A program made the translations under genes and the position numbers. This document shows positions 22,707 to 32,572 of a DNA stretch of 43,579 bases, one piece after another (the stretch's first letter is position 1; every line of letters starts with the position of its first letter). The stretch lies in IMG/VR virus record IMGVR_UViG_3300035446_000023, positions 1-43,579 of that record; one strand, 5' to 3'. The notes below the pieces were generated by a model. The model did not search any database. It saw only the letters and a program-made list of their open reading frames with translations, and was not told the origin of the DNA. The stretch comes from a virus.

Positions 22707-24168
22707 CCCTGAGCTGCAGTTGATCGAGGACATAGCCAGCTTCACCCATGATCCGCAGGGCTTCGCGATGTATGCGTTCCCTTGGGGCCATGGAGAGCTT
22801 GCCGGCGTCGAGCGTCCTCGCGACTGGCAGTGGGAGACGATGGGCGTCATCGGTGACCATCTCAGCAATCCAGAGACACGCTTCCAGCCGTTAATGGTCT
22901 CGGTGGCGTCCGGTCACGGTATCGGCAAGTCCGCCGAGATGGGCATGATCCTGAACTGGGCCATGTCCACCTGTGAGGATTGCAAGGTAGTCGTCACGGC
23001 CAACACTGAGAACCAGCTGCGCACGAAGACCTGGCCGGAGATCGGCAAGTGGTTCCGCCTGGCGATCAACAAGCACTGGTTCAACGTCACTGCGACGAAG
23101 GTTGCCTCGGTTGACCCTGAGCACACTGACAGCTGGAAGGCTGACGCGGTGCCCTGGAGCGAACACAACACCGAAGCATTCGCCGGCCTGCACAACAAGG
23201 GCAAGCGCATTGTCCTGATCTTCGACGAGGCCTCGAACATCGCTGACAAGGTCTGGGAGGTCGCTGAAGGCGCGCTGACGGACGAAGACACCGAGATCAT
23301 ATGGCTGGCCTTCGGTAACCCGACGCGCAACACCGGCCGCTTCCGTGAGTGCTTCACGCGCTACAAACACCGCTGGGTCACCAAGCAGGTTGACTCACGC
23401 ACCGTAGACGGCACGAACAAGCAGCAGATCGCTAAGTGGGCGGATGACTACGGCGAAGACTCTGACTTCTTCCGTGTCCGTGTGCGCGGCATGTTCCCGA
23501 GGGCCTCCGACTTGCAGCTGATACCGACTGACTGGGTGGCCGAGGCCATGCGGCGCGAGGCTGTGTTTGGCCTGTCTGACGCACTGGTGTGCGGTATCGA
23601 CATTGCGCGAGGCGGCGCTGACAACAATGTGATTCGGTTCCGGCGCGGCCTTGATGCTCGATCGATCAAGCCTATCCGCATCCCTGGCAGTGAGACGCGC
23701 GACACCACCGTATTCATCGCCAAGGTGTGCACGGTTGTGCAGGAGCATCGCCCAGACGCCGTATTCGTCGACTCGACGGGCGTAGGCGGCCCAGTGGCTG
23801 ACCAGCTGCGCAGGCTGATGCCTGGCATCGTCATTATCGACGTGAACTTCGCCAGCGCAGCCCCTGATAACCACTACGCGAACATGCGGACGTATATCTG
23901 GTGGATGTTGCGTGAAGCGCTGCGTGCTGGCCTTGCCATCGAGCAATGCCCGGACCTAGAGGCCGAGCTGACCTCGCCCGAGTACACGCACAACCAGCGT
24001 GACCAGATCGCTCTGGAGAAGAAATCAGAGATCAAGAAGCGCCTCGGCATCAGCCCTGATGACGCAGACGCCTTGGCCCTGACCTTCACTTTCCCCGTTC
24101 AGAAATCTCAACACACTCACGAGCAAGGCAGCGCGCTGCTAAGTGAGTACGACCCATTTGCGAGGTAG
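22684..24168 (+). CDS. terL: Terminase large subunit
   Basis: Walker A SGHGIGKSAEMG, Walker B RIVLIFDEAS and a C-terminal RNaseH-like nuclease region. The GTG start at 22684 is uncertain. Confidence 0.9.
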   Translation: MNARSGVDPELQLIEDIASFTHDPQGFAMYAFPWGHGELAGVERPRDWQWETMGVIGDHLSNPETRFQPLMVSVASGHGIGKSAEMGMILNWAMSTCEDCKVVVTANTENQLRTKTWPEIGKWFRLAINKHWFNVTATKVASVDPEHTDSWKADAVPWSEHNTEAFAGLHNKGKRIVLIFDEASNIADKVWEVAEGALTDEDTEIIWLAFGNPTRNTGRFRECFTRYKHRWVTKQVDSRTVDGTNKQQIAKWADDYGEDSDFFRVRVRGMFPRASDLQLIPTDWVAEAMRREAVFGLSDALVCGIDIARGGADNNVIRFRRGLDARSIKPIRIPGSETRDTTVFIAKVCTVVQEHRPDAVFVDSTGVGGPVADQLRRLMPGIVIIDVNFASAAPDNHYANMRTYIWWMLREALRAGLAIEQCPDLEAELTSPEYTHNQRDQIALEKKSEIKKRLGISPDDADALALTFTFPVQKSQHTHEQGSALLSEYDPFAR

Positions 24169-24172
24169 ACAC

Positions 24173-24436
24173 ATGTGCGGCAGCTCACTGAGTAAGGTTG
24201 TCAAGGTTGCAACGCTGGGCCTCGTGGACATGGACACCCCAAAGCCGCCGAGCCCGCCAAAGCCTGATGCGCCCCTTGATGCGCCAACCGAAGTCGACCC
24301 TGGCGTGACCCAGGCTCGCGAGGATGAGCGCAAGCGCAGGGCTGCTGCGGCAGGCGCGGGCAGCACAATTCTAACTGGCGCAGGCGGCCTCAATACCGCC
24401 GCGCAGACTGGGCAGAAGACTCTGTTGGGGGCGTAA
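24173..24436 (+). CDS. Hypothetical small protein between TerL and portal
   Basis: MCGSSLSKVVKV...PKPPSPPKPDAPLD; Pro-rich. Confidence 0.5.
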   Translation: MCGSSLSKVVKVATLGLVDMDTPKPPSPPKPDAPLDAPTEVDPGVTQAREDERKRRAAAAGAGSTILTGAGGLNTAAQTGQKTLLGA

Positions 24437-26122
24437 ATGGCTGACTCTCTGCGTCAACAGCTGGACCGTCGGCTGTCCCAGCTCAAGAACGAGCGCGACA
24501 AGGGCTGGCTGCCACTGTGGCGCGACATCAGCGACCACATTGCCCCGGACATGGGGCGGTGGAATACCTCGGATGTGAACGAAGGAAAGCGCCGCGATCA
24601 GTTGATTATCAACTCGACCGGCCGAAGCGCGCTGAAGATTCTGGCCTCTGGCATGTTCTCTGGCATGACCAGCCCGAGCCGCCCATGGTTCAAGCTGGCC
24701 ACGCCTGACGCTGCGCTTATGGAGTTCGGGCCGGTAAAGTCTTGGCTGCATCAGGCTGAGCTGGCCATGCAGGACGTGTTCGCACGCTCCAACCTCTACA
24801 ACGTGCTTCCCACTCTGTACGCAGAGCAGGGCGCGTTCGGGGTAGGCGCCATTGCGTGCATGCCTGATGAAGACGAGTTCATCCGGTTCTACAACTTCAC
24901 GGCCGGCAGCTACATGGCTGCGACCAGTTCAAGGCAGCAGGTCGACACTCTGTACCGCGAGTTCAAGATGACCGCGCGGCAGATGGAACAGCAGTTCGGC
25001 AAGGCGGCGCTGAGTTCCACTGTGCAGACGCTGCTCACGACGAATCCTGACGCCTGGGTCGATGTGTGCCATGCGGTCGAGCCGAACGACAGCCGCATCG
25101 TTACGCGCGACGACAGCCGCAACATGCCGATCCGCTCCGTCTACTGGGAGAAGGGCGGCGACCAGGACAAGATGCTGCGCGAGTCGGGCTTCAAGTCCTC
25201 GCCGATCATGGTCCCGCGCTGGGATGTGAACGGGGAGAACGTCTACGGCTCCGGCCCTGGCTCGGTTGCCTTGGGTGACACCAAGGCGCTGCAGCTGATG
25301 GAGAAGCGCAAGGCGCAGATGCTTGAGAAGGGTGTCAACCCGCCAATGGGTGCGCCTGGCTCGCTGCGTGGCCAGCGCGCGTCGATCCTGCCTGGCGACA
25401 TCACCTACGTCGACCAGAACGCAGTAGGGCAAGGGTTCGCGCCGCTGTATCAGATCGACGCTTCGTGGTACGGCGCATTGCGTGCCGAGATCATGGCGCA
25501 CGAGGAGCGCATCAATTCAGCCTTCTTCGTCGACCTGTTCTTGATGATCAGCTCGATGGATGACGTGCGCACAGCTACCGAGATCGCCGCGCGCAAGGAA
25601 GAGAAGATGCTGATGCTCGGCCCGGTGCTCGAGCGCATGAACGACGAGCTGTTGGATCCGCTGATTGATCGCGTATTTAACCTGATGATGGAACAGTCTG
25701 CGCCGCGCTGGGCTGGCTTGCTGCCGGGCAATCCAATGCTGCCGCCGCCGCCGAAGGAGCTGGCAGGCATGGACCTGAATGTCGAGTACGTGTCGATCCT
25801 GGCTCAGGCACAGAAGGCCCTCGGCGTGTCTGGCATTGAGCGTGCCATCAGCTTTGCGGGAAACCTCGCAGGCATTCAGCCGGACATCATCGACAAGATC
25901 GACTTCGATCAGGCCGTTGACGAGTACACCGCAATGCTGGGCGTGCCGCCGACGATTGTCCGTTCGGATCAGGATGTTGCGCAGATGCGCCAGGCGCGTG
26001 CTCAAGCCCAGCAGCAGCAGGCCGCCATGGAGCAGATGAGCGCAGGCATCCAAGGCGCCAAGCTCCTCTCCGAAACCGACGTCTCCGGCGATAACGCACT
26101 CACCGCACTGGTAGGCCAATGA
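24437..26122 (+). CDS. Portal (head-to-tail connector) protein, podovirus type
   Basis: 561 aa; N-terminus RLSQLKNERDKGWLPLWRDISDHIAP...INSTGRSALKILASGM is typical of the T7/BPP-1-type portal family. Confidence 0.85.
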   Translation: MADSLRQQLDRRLSQLKNERDKGWLPLWRDISDHIAPDMGRWNTSDVNEGKRRDQLIINSTGRSALKILASGMFSGMTSPSRPWFKLATPDAALMEFGPVKSWLHQAELAMQDVFARSNLYNVLPTLYAEQGAFGVGAIACMPDEDEFIRFYNFTAGSYMAATSSRQQVDTLYREFKMTARQMEQQFGKAALSSTVQTLLTTNPDAWVDVCHAVEPNDSRIVTRDDSRNMPIRSVYWEKGGDQDKMLRESGFKSSPIMVPRWDVNGENVYGSGPGSVALGDTKALQLMEKRKAQMLEKGVNPPMGAPGSLRGQRASILPGDITYVDQNAVGQGFAPLYQIDASWYGALRAEIMAHEERINSAFFVDLFLMISSMDDVRTATEIAARKEEKMLMLGPVLERMNDELLDPLIDRVFNLMMEQSAPRWAGLLPGNPMLPPPPKELAGMDLNVEYVSILAQAQKALGVSGIERAISFAGNLAGIQPDIIDKIDFDQAVDEYTAMLGVPPTIVRSDQDVAQMRQARAQAQQQQAAMEQMSAGIQGAKLLSETDVSGDNALTALVGQ

Positions 26123-26460
26123 CCAACGCAGCCAACAAAGCCGCCGCCGACAAGGCCGCGGTACTGGATCAGTTCGCCTCGAAACAAGCCGACGATGACT
26201 TTCTCTGGCTGATGGGCCAGCAGTCCGGGCGCCGCTTCGTGTGGGGCCTGCTGAGCCGCTGCAACCTGTTCTCCACCAGCTTCAACACCCACGGCGGGCT
26301 GATGACGCTGGCCGAGGGCAAGAAGCAGATCGGCTACCAGTATCTGGAAAAGATCAACCAGCTATGCCCCGACCTTTACGTCGTGATGATGAACGAGGCA
26401 AACGAGGCCGTGCACAACCGAAAGCTCCAACTGGAGCAAACAGAGGGAACCAATGACTGA
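26119..26460 (+). CDS. Hypothetical virion-module protein
   Basis: 113-aa coupled ORF. Confidence 0.55.
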   Translation: MTNAANKAAADKAAVLDQFASKQADDDFLWLMGQQSGRRFVWGLLSRCNLFSTSFNTHGGLMTLAEGKKQIGYQYLEKINQLCPDLYVVMMNEANEAVHNRKLQLEQTEGTND

Positions 26461-27064
26461 CTCGACTCAAGCAAGCGCTCCGGAATCACCCACCAGCGCC
26501 GCGGCAGACGTTCAGTCCGGAGCCCCTGCAGTTGCACCTGTGACCGAGCCAACCCCGGCAACGCCGGAAGCTCCCGCAGCGGCAACGGCAGAGGCGCCCG
26601 GCCAGCCAGCAACGCCAGTGGAATACACGGACTTCGCCGTGCCGGAAGGCTTGGAGATGGACGCGGAAGTGCTGACCAACTTCAAGGGGATCGCCAAAGA
26701 GCTTGGCATTCCTCAAGAGGCGGCACAGAAGCTCATCGACTTGCAGGCATCGCTGGAGACCAAGCGTTCCGCTGCAGCAGAGCAGGCGCAGGCCGAACAA
26801 GCGCAGCAATGGGCAGCCCAGATCAAGGCCGACAAGGAACTGGGCGGTGAGAACTACAGCAAGACCGTAGAGACCGCCATCAAGGCCGTTGAGCAGTACG
26901 GCTCCCCCGAGCTGCGCAGCCTACTGAACGAAACCGGAATCGGTAACCACCCCGAGCTGGTGAAGTTCTGTCATCGCATTGGCAAGGCCCTCTCCGAGGA
27001 TGGCCTGGTAATGGGCGGCACCCAATCCGCTCGCGAAATGAGCATTGTCGACGCCTTCAAGTAA
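26453..27064 (+). CDS. Scaffolding protein
   Basis: 203 aa, Ala/Pro/Glu-rich and helical, located between portal and capsid. Confidence 0.65.
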   Translation: MTDSTQASAPESPTSAAADVQSGAPAVAPVTEPTPATPEAPAAATAEAPGQPATPVEYTDFAVPEGLEMDAEVLTNFKGIAKELGIPQEAAQKLIDLQASLETKRSAAAEQAQAEQAQQWAAQIKADKELGGENYSKTVETAIKAVEQYGSPELRSLLNETGIGNHPELVKFCHRIGKALSEDGLVMGGTQSAREMSIVDAFK

Positions 27065-27096
27065 GGCAAAACCGAGATCAGTAAGGAGAACCCACA

Positions 27097-28092
27097 ATGG
27101 GTATTTTGACTTCCACCATGCCGACTCTGCTGGATAAGTTCAGCCGATCGGAGAAAGACGGCAAGATCGCCAAGATCGTTGAACTGATGGCCAAGCAGAA
27201 CGATGTTCTGATGGACGCCGAGTATCAGGAGTGCAACGACGGCTCCAAGCACAAAACCACCATGCGCTCCGGTATCCCTGAGCCAACCTGGCGCATGTTC
27301 AACAAGGGCGTCCAGCCGTCCAAGTCCACCACTGTTCCGGTGCTCGATACCACTGGCATGATGGAAGACTACGGCCTCGTTGATAAGGCGCTGGCTGACC
27401 TGAGCGGCAACTCCGATGCCTTCCGCGTGTCGGAAAACATCGCCAAGCTGCAGGGCTTCAACAACAAAGCCGCGCGCTACATGATCTACGGAAACACCGA
27501 TTCCGAGCCAGAAGCGTTCCTCGGCTTGGCCCCTCGCTACAACGACCTGTCTGCCGAGTCTGGCGCGAACATCGTTGACGCCGGCGGCACTGGTTCGACT
27601 AACACGTCCATCTGGTTCGTGACCTGGGGCGAGATGACCACTCATCTGCTCTATCCGAAGGGCAGTGTGGCCGGCTTCCAGCACCGCAACCTGGGCGAAG
27701 ACACCGTCAAGGATGCCACTGGCGGCGAGTTCCAAGCCTACCGCGACCACTTCAAGTGGGATATCGGGATGTCCGTGCGTGACTGGCGTGCAAACGCTCG
27801 TGTCGCGAACATCGACGTCACTGCTCTGACCAAGGACGCCGCGACTGGTGCCGACCTGATCGAGCTGATGATCGAGGCGTTCTACCGCATCGAGAACCCG
27901 ATGCAGGGCGAAGGCCGCACGGTCATCTACTGCAACCGCACCATTCAGACCTTCCTGCACAAGCAGGCTGCCAACGCCAAGAACGTCAACCTGACGCTGG
28001 GCGAGTACGCCGGCCGCAAGATCCCTGAATTCCTGGGCATGCCGATCAAGCGCGTCGATGCCATCCTCAACACCGAAGCCCGCGTGGTTTAA
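27097..28092 (+). CDS. Major capsid protein
   Basis: 331 aa, strong SD AAGGAGA, highly biased codon use. Followed by the cement protein. Confidence 0.85.
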   Translation: MGILTSTMPTLLDKFSRSEKDGKIAKIVELMAKQNDVLMDAEYQECNDGSKHKTTMRSGIPEPTWRMFNKGVQPSKSTTVPVLDTTGMMEDYGLVDKALADLSGNSDAFRVSENIAKLQGFNNKAARYMIYGNTDSEPEAFLGLAPRYNDLSAESGANIVDAGGTGSTNTSIWFVTWGEMTTHLLYPKGSVAGFQHRNLGEDTVKDATGGEFQAYRDHFKWDIGMSVRDWRANARVANIDVTALTKDAATGADLIELMIEAFYRIENPMQGEGRTVIYCNRTIQTFLHKQAANAKNVNLTLGEYAGRKIPEFLGMPIKRVDAILNTEARVV

Positions 28093-28103
28093 GGAGACAC
28101 ATC

Positions 28104-28499
28104 ATGCTTTTTGACGCGAAACTTTTGATGTCCAATCAACAGGCCATCACCGCGACCGCTGCCTCCACCGACGTGATCGACACGGGTAGCACTAAGGACG
28201 TAGGCAAGGACGGCAGTGTCCCACTGGCCGTCCAAGTCACCGAAACCTTCAATGCGCTCGACAGCCTGAGTATTGCCATCCAGACCGACGGCGATTCAGC
28301 GTTTGGCTCACCTAAGACACTGGCAACCGTCACTGTCCTGCTGGCCGATCTGAAAGCCGGCTATCAACTGCCAGTCATCACCCTGCCGCAAGGGTGCGAA
28401 CGCTACATTCGCCTGAACTACACCGTCAACGGCGTAGGCGTGCCGACCGCTGGCAAGGTCACCGCTGGCATCGTGGCTGGGGTGCAGACCAATGGCTAA
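28104..28499 (+). CDS. Capsid cement/decoration protein (BPP-1 Bbp16-like)
   Basis: MLFDAKLLMSNQQAITATAASTDVIDTG... has an N-terminal pattern typical of the Bbp16 family. Confidence 0.6.
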   Translation: MLFDAKLLMSNQQAITATAASTDVIDTGSTKDVGKDGSVPLAVQVTETFNALDSLSIAIQTDGDSAFGSPKTLATVTVLLADLKAGYQLPVITLPQGCERYIRLNYTVNGVGVPTAGKVTAGIVAGVQTNG

Positions 28500-28698
28500 G
28501 CACTACAAGGTGCTTGAGCGTGCATTCATCAATGGGCGTCTGTGCGAGCCTGGTGATGTTGTGTCGCTCGAAATCGACAGCCCCGGCAGTCACCTTGAAG
28601 AAGTGAAGGCCGGACCCAAGCAGGAAAAGGCAAAGCCCGGCCAAAAGCCGGCAGCCAAGCCTGATGAAAAGCCGGAAGACAACCTTCCGGACGCGTAA
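28492..28698 (+). CDS. Hypothetical protein with Lys/Pro-rich tail
   Basis: 68-aa ORF overlapping the upstream stop. Confidence 0.5.
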   Translation: MAKHYKVLERAFINGRLCEPGDVVSLEIDSPGSHLEEVKAGPKQEKAKPGQKPAAKPDEKPEDNLPDA

Positions 28699-28703
28699 CA
28701 CCA

Positions 28704-28729
28704 AGGGGCCTTCGGGCCCCTTTCTATTT
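28704..28729 (+). terminator. Intrinsic terminator after the capsid module
   Basis: aggggcc-ttcg-ggcccct (UUCG tetraloop) followed by ttctatttc. Confidence 0.75.
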
Positions 28730-28740
28730 CCGGAGATCGC

Positions 28741-29337
28741 ATGGCCAGTGTCGTCCAAATCTGCAACATGGCGCTCACCCGCATCGGGCAGAACCAGTTC
28801 ATCGACTCGATAGACGAGCAGAGCAAGGCGGCCGAGCTATGCGCGCTCCACTATGAGCAGTGCCGAGATCAGGTGCTGCAAGACTTCCCGTGGCCGTTTG
28901 CTGAGGCGCGTGTCTCCCTAGCTGACATAGGGGCACCGCCGCAGAACTGGGCCTATCGGTATCGGTATCCGACCGACTGCTTGCAGATCCGGCACATCAC
29001 TACGCCGGGAATGCGGCAGCCGCGGGTTGAGCAGCGTGTGCAGTTCAAGGTCATCAATGCCACTGGCGGGCGCGCGATCGTCACCGACCAAGCAGAGGCT
29101 GAACTGGTTTACACGCTCAAGGTTGAGGACACGACTTACTTCTCACCGCTGTTCACCAGCGCCCTTGCGTGGCGACTCGCGGCAGAGCTGGCAATGGGTC
29201 TACAGGCGCGCCCTGAGAACTACAGCGCGGCCATTCAGAACTACCTCATCACCATCGATCAGGCCCGAGCCCTTGCGTTTGAAGAAAGCGAGGAGGGGCC
29301 GCTTCCTGAATCCGAGTTCATACAGGCGCGCAACTAA
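28741..29337 (+). CDS. Tail tubular protein A / adaptor (T7 gp11-like)
   Basis: 198 aa; MASVVQICNMALTRIGQ... Size and position match gp11. Confidence 0.75.
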   Translation: MASVVQICNMALTRIGQNQFIDSIDEQSKAAELCALHYEQCRDQVLQDFPWPFAEARVSLADIGAPPQNWAYRYRYPTDCLQIRHITTPGMRQPRVEQRVQFKVINATGGRAIVTDQAEAELVYTLKVEDTTYFSPLFTSALAWRLAAELAMGLQARPENYSAAIQNYLITIDQARALAFEESEEGPLPESEFIQARN

Positions 29338-31652
29338 TGGGAACATCCACCATTCAGCCGTCGTTCGCGGCCGGTGAGCTTGCGCCTTCACTGTATGCGC
29401 GCGTCGACCTCGCCCGTTACCAGACCGGTCTGCGCCTGTGCTCGAACTTCTTCGTCATGCCCTATGGTGGCGTCAAAAACCGTCCCGGCACCGTGTTCAT
29501 CAACGAGACCAAAGGCAGCGGCGAGGCCCGCCTGATCCCGTTTCAGTTCAACGATGAGCAGACCTACGTCCTCGAGTTCGGCAACCTCTACATGCGCGTC
29601 TACAAGGACGGCGGGGTCATCGAGTCGAGCCCAGGCGTGCCGTATGAAATCGCAACCCCGTTCACCGCTGCGCAGCTGTTCGAGCTGAACTACACGCAGT
29701 CGGCGGATATTATGACCATCGTTCACCCGTCGCACGCGCCGCGGCAGCTGTCGCGCCTGGGGCATGATAACTGGACGCTGGCCACCATCAGCTTCGTGCC
29801 GAGCATCGACGCGCCAACAGGCCTTGCCGGTTCTGCGCGCTCTGGCGGCTCAGGCGACACCACGACCTATCGTTACGTCGTCACCGCTGTGGCTGATAGC
29901 GAGGTTCCGGAAGAAAGCCTGCCGTCGGCATCAGTCGCCGTTACCAGCTGGGACAACAAGGCCGGCGCATCGCTGAGCTGGTCGGCTGTCACTGGCGCCG
30001 ACTACTACAACGTTTACAAGGACTCGAACAGTTCCGGCATCTACGGATTCATCGGCAAGGCTGACGGGCTCACCTTCAACGACATCAACATCGCGCCGGT
30101 CAAGACTGATACCCCTCCGACTGGCAACAACCCGTTTGTTGGAGCCGGAAACTACCCGGGCGCTGTTGGCTACTACCAGCAGCGGCTGTGCTTCGCCGGC
30201 AGCGATCTGTCGCCGCAAACCGTGTGGATGAGCAAGACTGGCAACTTCAAGAACTTTGGCTATGCCACGCCGGTGAAGGACGATGACTCCATCACCTTCA
30301 CCATTGCCTCGCGCCAGGTGCACAGGTTCCGCCACATCCTACCGCTGCGGCAGCTGCTTGGCCTGACATCGGGTGGCGAGTGGGTCATTTCGGGCGGCGA
30401 GAACGGCATCACGCCGAAGACCGTCAAGGCTGAAATCCAGAGCTACAACGGCGTGTCAAAGATTCCGCCGATCGTCATCAACGACTCAGCCATCTACGTT
30501 CAGCAGCGCAATAACGCGGTTTCCTCGCTGGCGTACACCTTCGAGGCTGACGGGTTCGCCGGCGACGACCTGACCAAGTTCTCGCCGCACTTCTTCCGCG
30601 GGCACTCGCTGGTCGACTGGACCTACCAGCAGATCCCGGATCGTCTGGTGTGGGCGGCGCGTGACGATGGCGCCTTGCTGGGAATGACCTTCCTCCCGGA
30701 AGAGCAGCTTCTGGCCTGGCATCAGCACCACACGGACGGCTTCGTTGAGTCGGTATGCAGCATTGCCGAGGGCCAGATGGACGCGCTCTATTTGCTCGTT
30801 CGGCGAACCATCAACGGCGTCACGAAGCGCTACGTCGAGCGGATGGCAGCGCGCGACATCGAGGACGCTGAAGACGCGTTCTTCGTGGACTGCGGCCTGA
30901 CCTATGACGGCCGGAACAAGAATGCAGCGGCAACCTTGACGCTTAGTGGCGGTACCGACTGGAAGTATCCGCAGACGGTGACTGTCACTGCAGCAGGTCA
31001 CGCACCGTTCAGCGCTGGCAGCGTTGGTCGAACCTATCGTCTACGCGCCGGCACGGAGATGGTTCGGGTCGAAGTCACCGCCTACACGTCGTCGACCGTG
31101 GTCACCGGCAAGCTGCTTGAGATTTGCCCGGAAAGCCTGCGCGGCGTTGCCGTGAGTGACTGGGCATTGATGGCGTCGACCATCGCCGGCCTTGGCCACC
31201 TGGAAGGCAAGACGCTCTCCATCCTTACCGATGGCGACGTGCACCCGCAGCGCGTCGTTTCGAGCGGCTCCATCAGTCTGCAGCACGCGTCGGCAGTGGT
31301 TCACGCTGGCCTGCCGTATGTTGCCGAGATGGAAACGCTAGAGATCGATTGGGCTGATCGCAGTTCAGGCACGCAGCTGGACAAACGCAAAATCATTCCG
31401 AGCCTGACGGCTTACTTGGAAGAGTCCCGTGGCTTCTGGGCTGGCCCAAAGCGTGGCGCAAAGCTGTATCCAACGAAGCCGGAATATCGAGAGACCTACG
31501 ACTCGCCGGTCGCCACTACGACAGGCATTGCTGAGCTGAAGATCGAGTCCGCCTGGCAAGAGTCGGGGCGCGTCTATATCCAGCAACCTGACCCGCTACC
31601 GCTCACGGTGCTGGCCCTTATCCCGGAGATCACCGTCAGTGGCAAAAGCTGA
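29337..31652 (+). CDS. Tail tubular protein B / nozzle (T7 gp12-like)
   Basis: 771 aa; N-terminus QPSFAAGELAPSLYARVDLARYQTGL. Size and position match gp12. Confidence 0.75.
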   Translation: MGTSTIQPSFAAGELAPSLYARVDLARYQTGLRLCSNFFVMPYGGVKNRPGTVFINETKGSGEARLIPFQFNDEQTYVLEFGNLYMRVYKDGGVIESSPGVPYEIATPFTAAQLFELNYTQSADIMTIVHPSHAPRQLSRLGHDNWTLATISFVPSIDAPTGLAGSARSGGSGDTTTYRYVVTAVADSEVPEESLPSASVAVTSWDNKAGASLSWSAVTGADYYNVYKDSNSSGIYGFIGKADGLTFNDINIAPVKTDTPPTGNNPFVGAGNYPGAVGYYQQRLCFAGSDLSPQTVWMSKTGNFKNFGYATPVKDDDSITFTIASRQVHRFRHILPLRQLLGLTSGGEWVISGGENGITPKTVKAEIQSYNGVSKIPPIVINDSAIYVQQRNNAVSSLAYTFEADGFAGDDLTKFSPHFFRGHSLVDWTYQQIPDRLVWAARDDGALLGMTFLPEEQLLAWHQHHTDGFVESVCSIAEGQMDALYLLVRRTINGVTKRYVERMAARDIEDAEDAFFVDCGLTYDGRNKNAAATLTLSGGTDWKYPQTVTVTAAGHAPFSAGSVGRTYRLRAGTEMVRVEVTAYTSSTVVTGKLLEICPESLRGVAVSDWALMASTIAGLGHLEGKTLSILTDGDVHPQRVVSSGSISLQHASAVVHAGLPYVAEMETLEIDWADRSSGTQLDKRKIIPSLTAYLEESRGFWAGPKRGAKLYPTKPEYRETYDSPVATTTGIAELKIESAWQESGRVYIQQPDPLPLTVLALIPEITVSGKS

Positions 31653-32100
31653 AGTGCTACCCATTGAGCAAAGCGACATCGAGGCCGTGCTGCCGATCAT
31701 CCGCCAGGCTGATCGGGACGAGATCGAAGGCGCCCTGCAGATCCCGCTGGACACAAGCCTGGCTGAAGGTCTGGCGAACTGCTGCAAGGCGTCAAAGATC
31801 GTCGTCGACGGCCAGATCGTCGCGCTGTTCGGTGATAGCCGCCACGACGATAACCTTGGCGTGCCCTGGCTTGTCAGCACCGTGCATGTCGAGCGCCACC
31901 CGCGCGCCTTCCTGCAGGTCTGCAGGCCGGAGGTCGAGGAGATGCTTACACGGCACCGGTGTCTGATCAACTTTGTCGATGTTCGCAACACTGTGGCAAT
32001 CCGCTGGCTTGAGTGGCTGGGGTTCACCTTTGGTGAGCCTGAGCCCTACGGCCCGCTGGGGATGCCCTTCAAACCATTCTGGATGAAACGGAGCGCCTGA
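31639..32100 (+). CDS. Internal virion protein A-like (T7 gp13/DUF2833-like)
   Basis: 153 aa, GTG start; C-terminal NTVAIRWLEWLGFTF. Confidence 0.5.
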   Translation: MAKAEVLPIEQSDIEAVLPIIRQADRDEIEGALQIPLDTSLAEGLANCCKASKIVVDGQIVALFGDSRHDDNLGVPWLVSTVHVERHPRAFLQVCRPEVEEMLTRHRCLINFVDVRNTVAIRWLEWLGFTFGEPEPYGPLGMPFKPFWMKRSA

Positions 32101-32101
32101 T

Positions 32102-32572
32102 ATGTGCTGGATGGCAGCTATTCCAATCGCCATGTCGCTTGCTGGCGGCATGATGGGCGCGCAGAACGCCAGGCAGCAGGGCGCGTTCCAGTCGGCAATG
32201 GCTGAGCAAAATGCCGCCTACAAAGAAGAAGCTGCGCAGGATGCCGAAAAGCGCGGCGGAGTCGAGGCAGACCGCTACCGGCGCCAGGTCGGGCAGCTGA
32301 TCGGAACCCAGCGTTCTGGCTTTGCCGCTAACGGCATCGATGTAAACAGCGGCACCGCTGCTGAAATTCAGGACGATACGGCCGCCTTCGGCGAGTTCGA
32401 CGCCCTGACAATCGCAAACAACGCAGCGCGCGAGGCGTGGGGCTACCGCGTCGGCGCACAGAACGACCTGATGAATGGGCGCATGGCTCAAAGCAACGCT
32501 CGCAGCGCCGCGACGGGCTCAATCCTTGGCGGCGTAGGCAGCGCATTCGGCTCATTTGCCGGGAGTAGGTAA
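32102..32572 (+). CDS. Internal virion protein (gp14-like)
   Basis: 156 aa, Gly/Ala-rich, with an N-terminal hydrophobic segment. Confidence 0.55.
   Translation: MCWMAAIPIAMSLAGGMMGAQNARQQGAFQSAMAEQNAAYKEEAAQDAEKRGGVEADRYRRQVGQLIGTQRSGFAANGIDVNSGTAAEIQDDTAAFGEFDALTIANNAAREAWGYRVGAQNDLMNGRMAQSNARSAATGSILGGVGSAFGSFAGSR

Noticed and set aside
24173..24436. MCGSS... read as a lipoprotein
   Set aside because: The Cys is at position 2 with no signal peptide or lipobox context, so no lipoprotein call is made.
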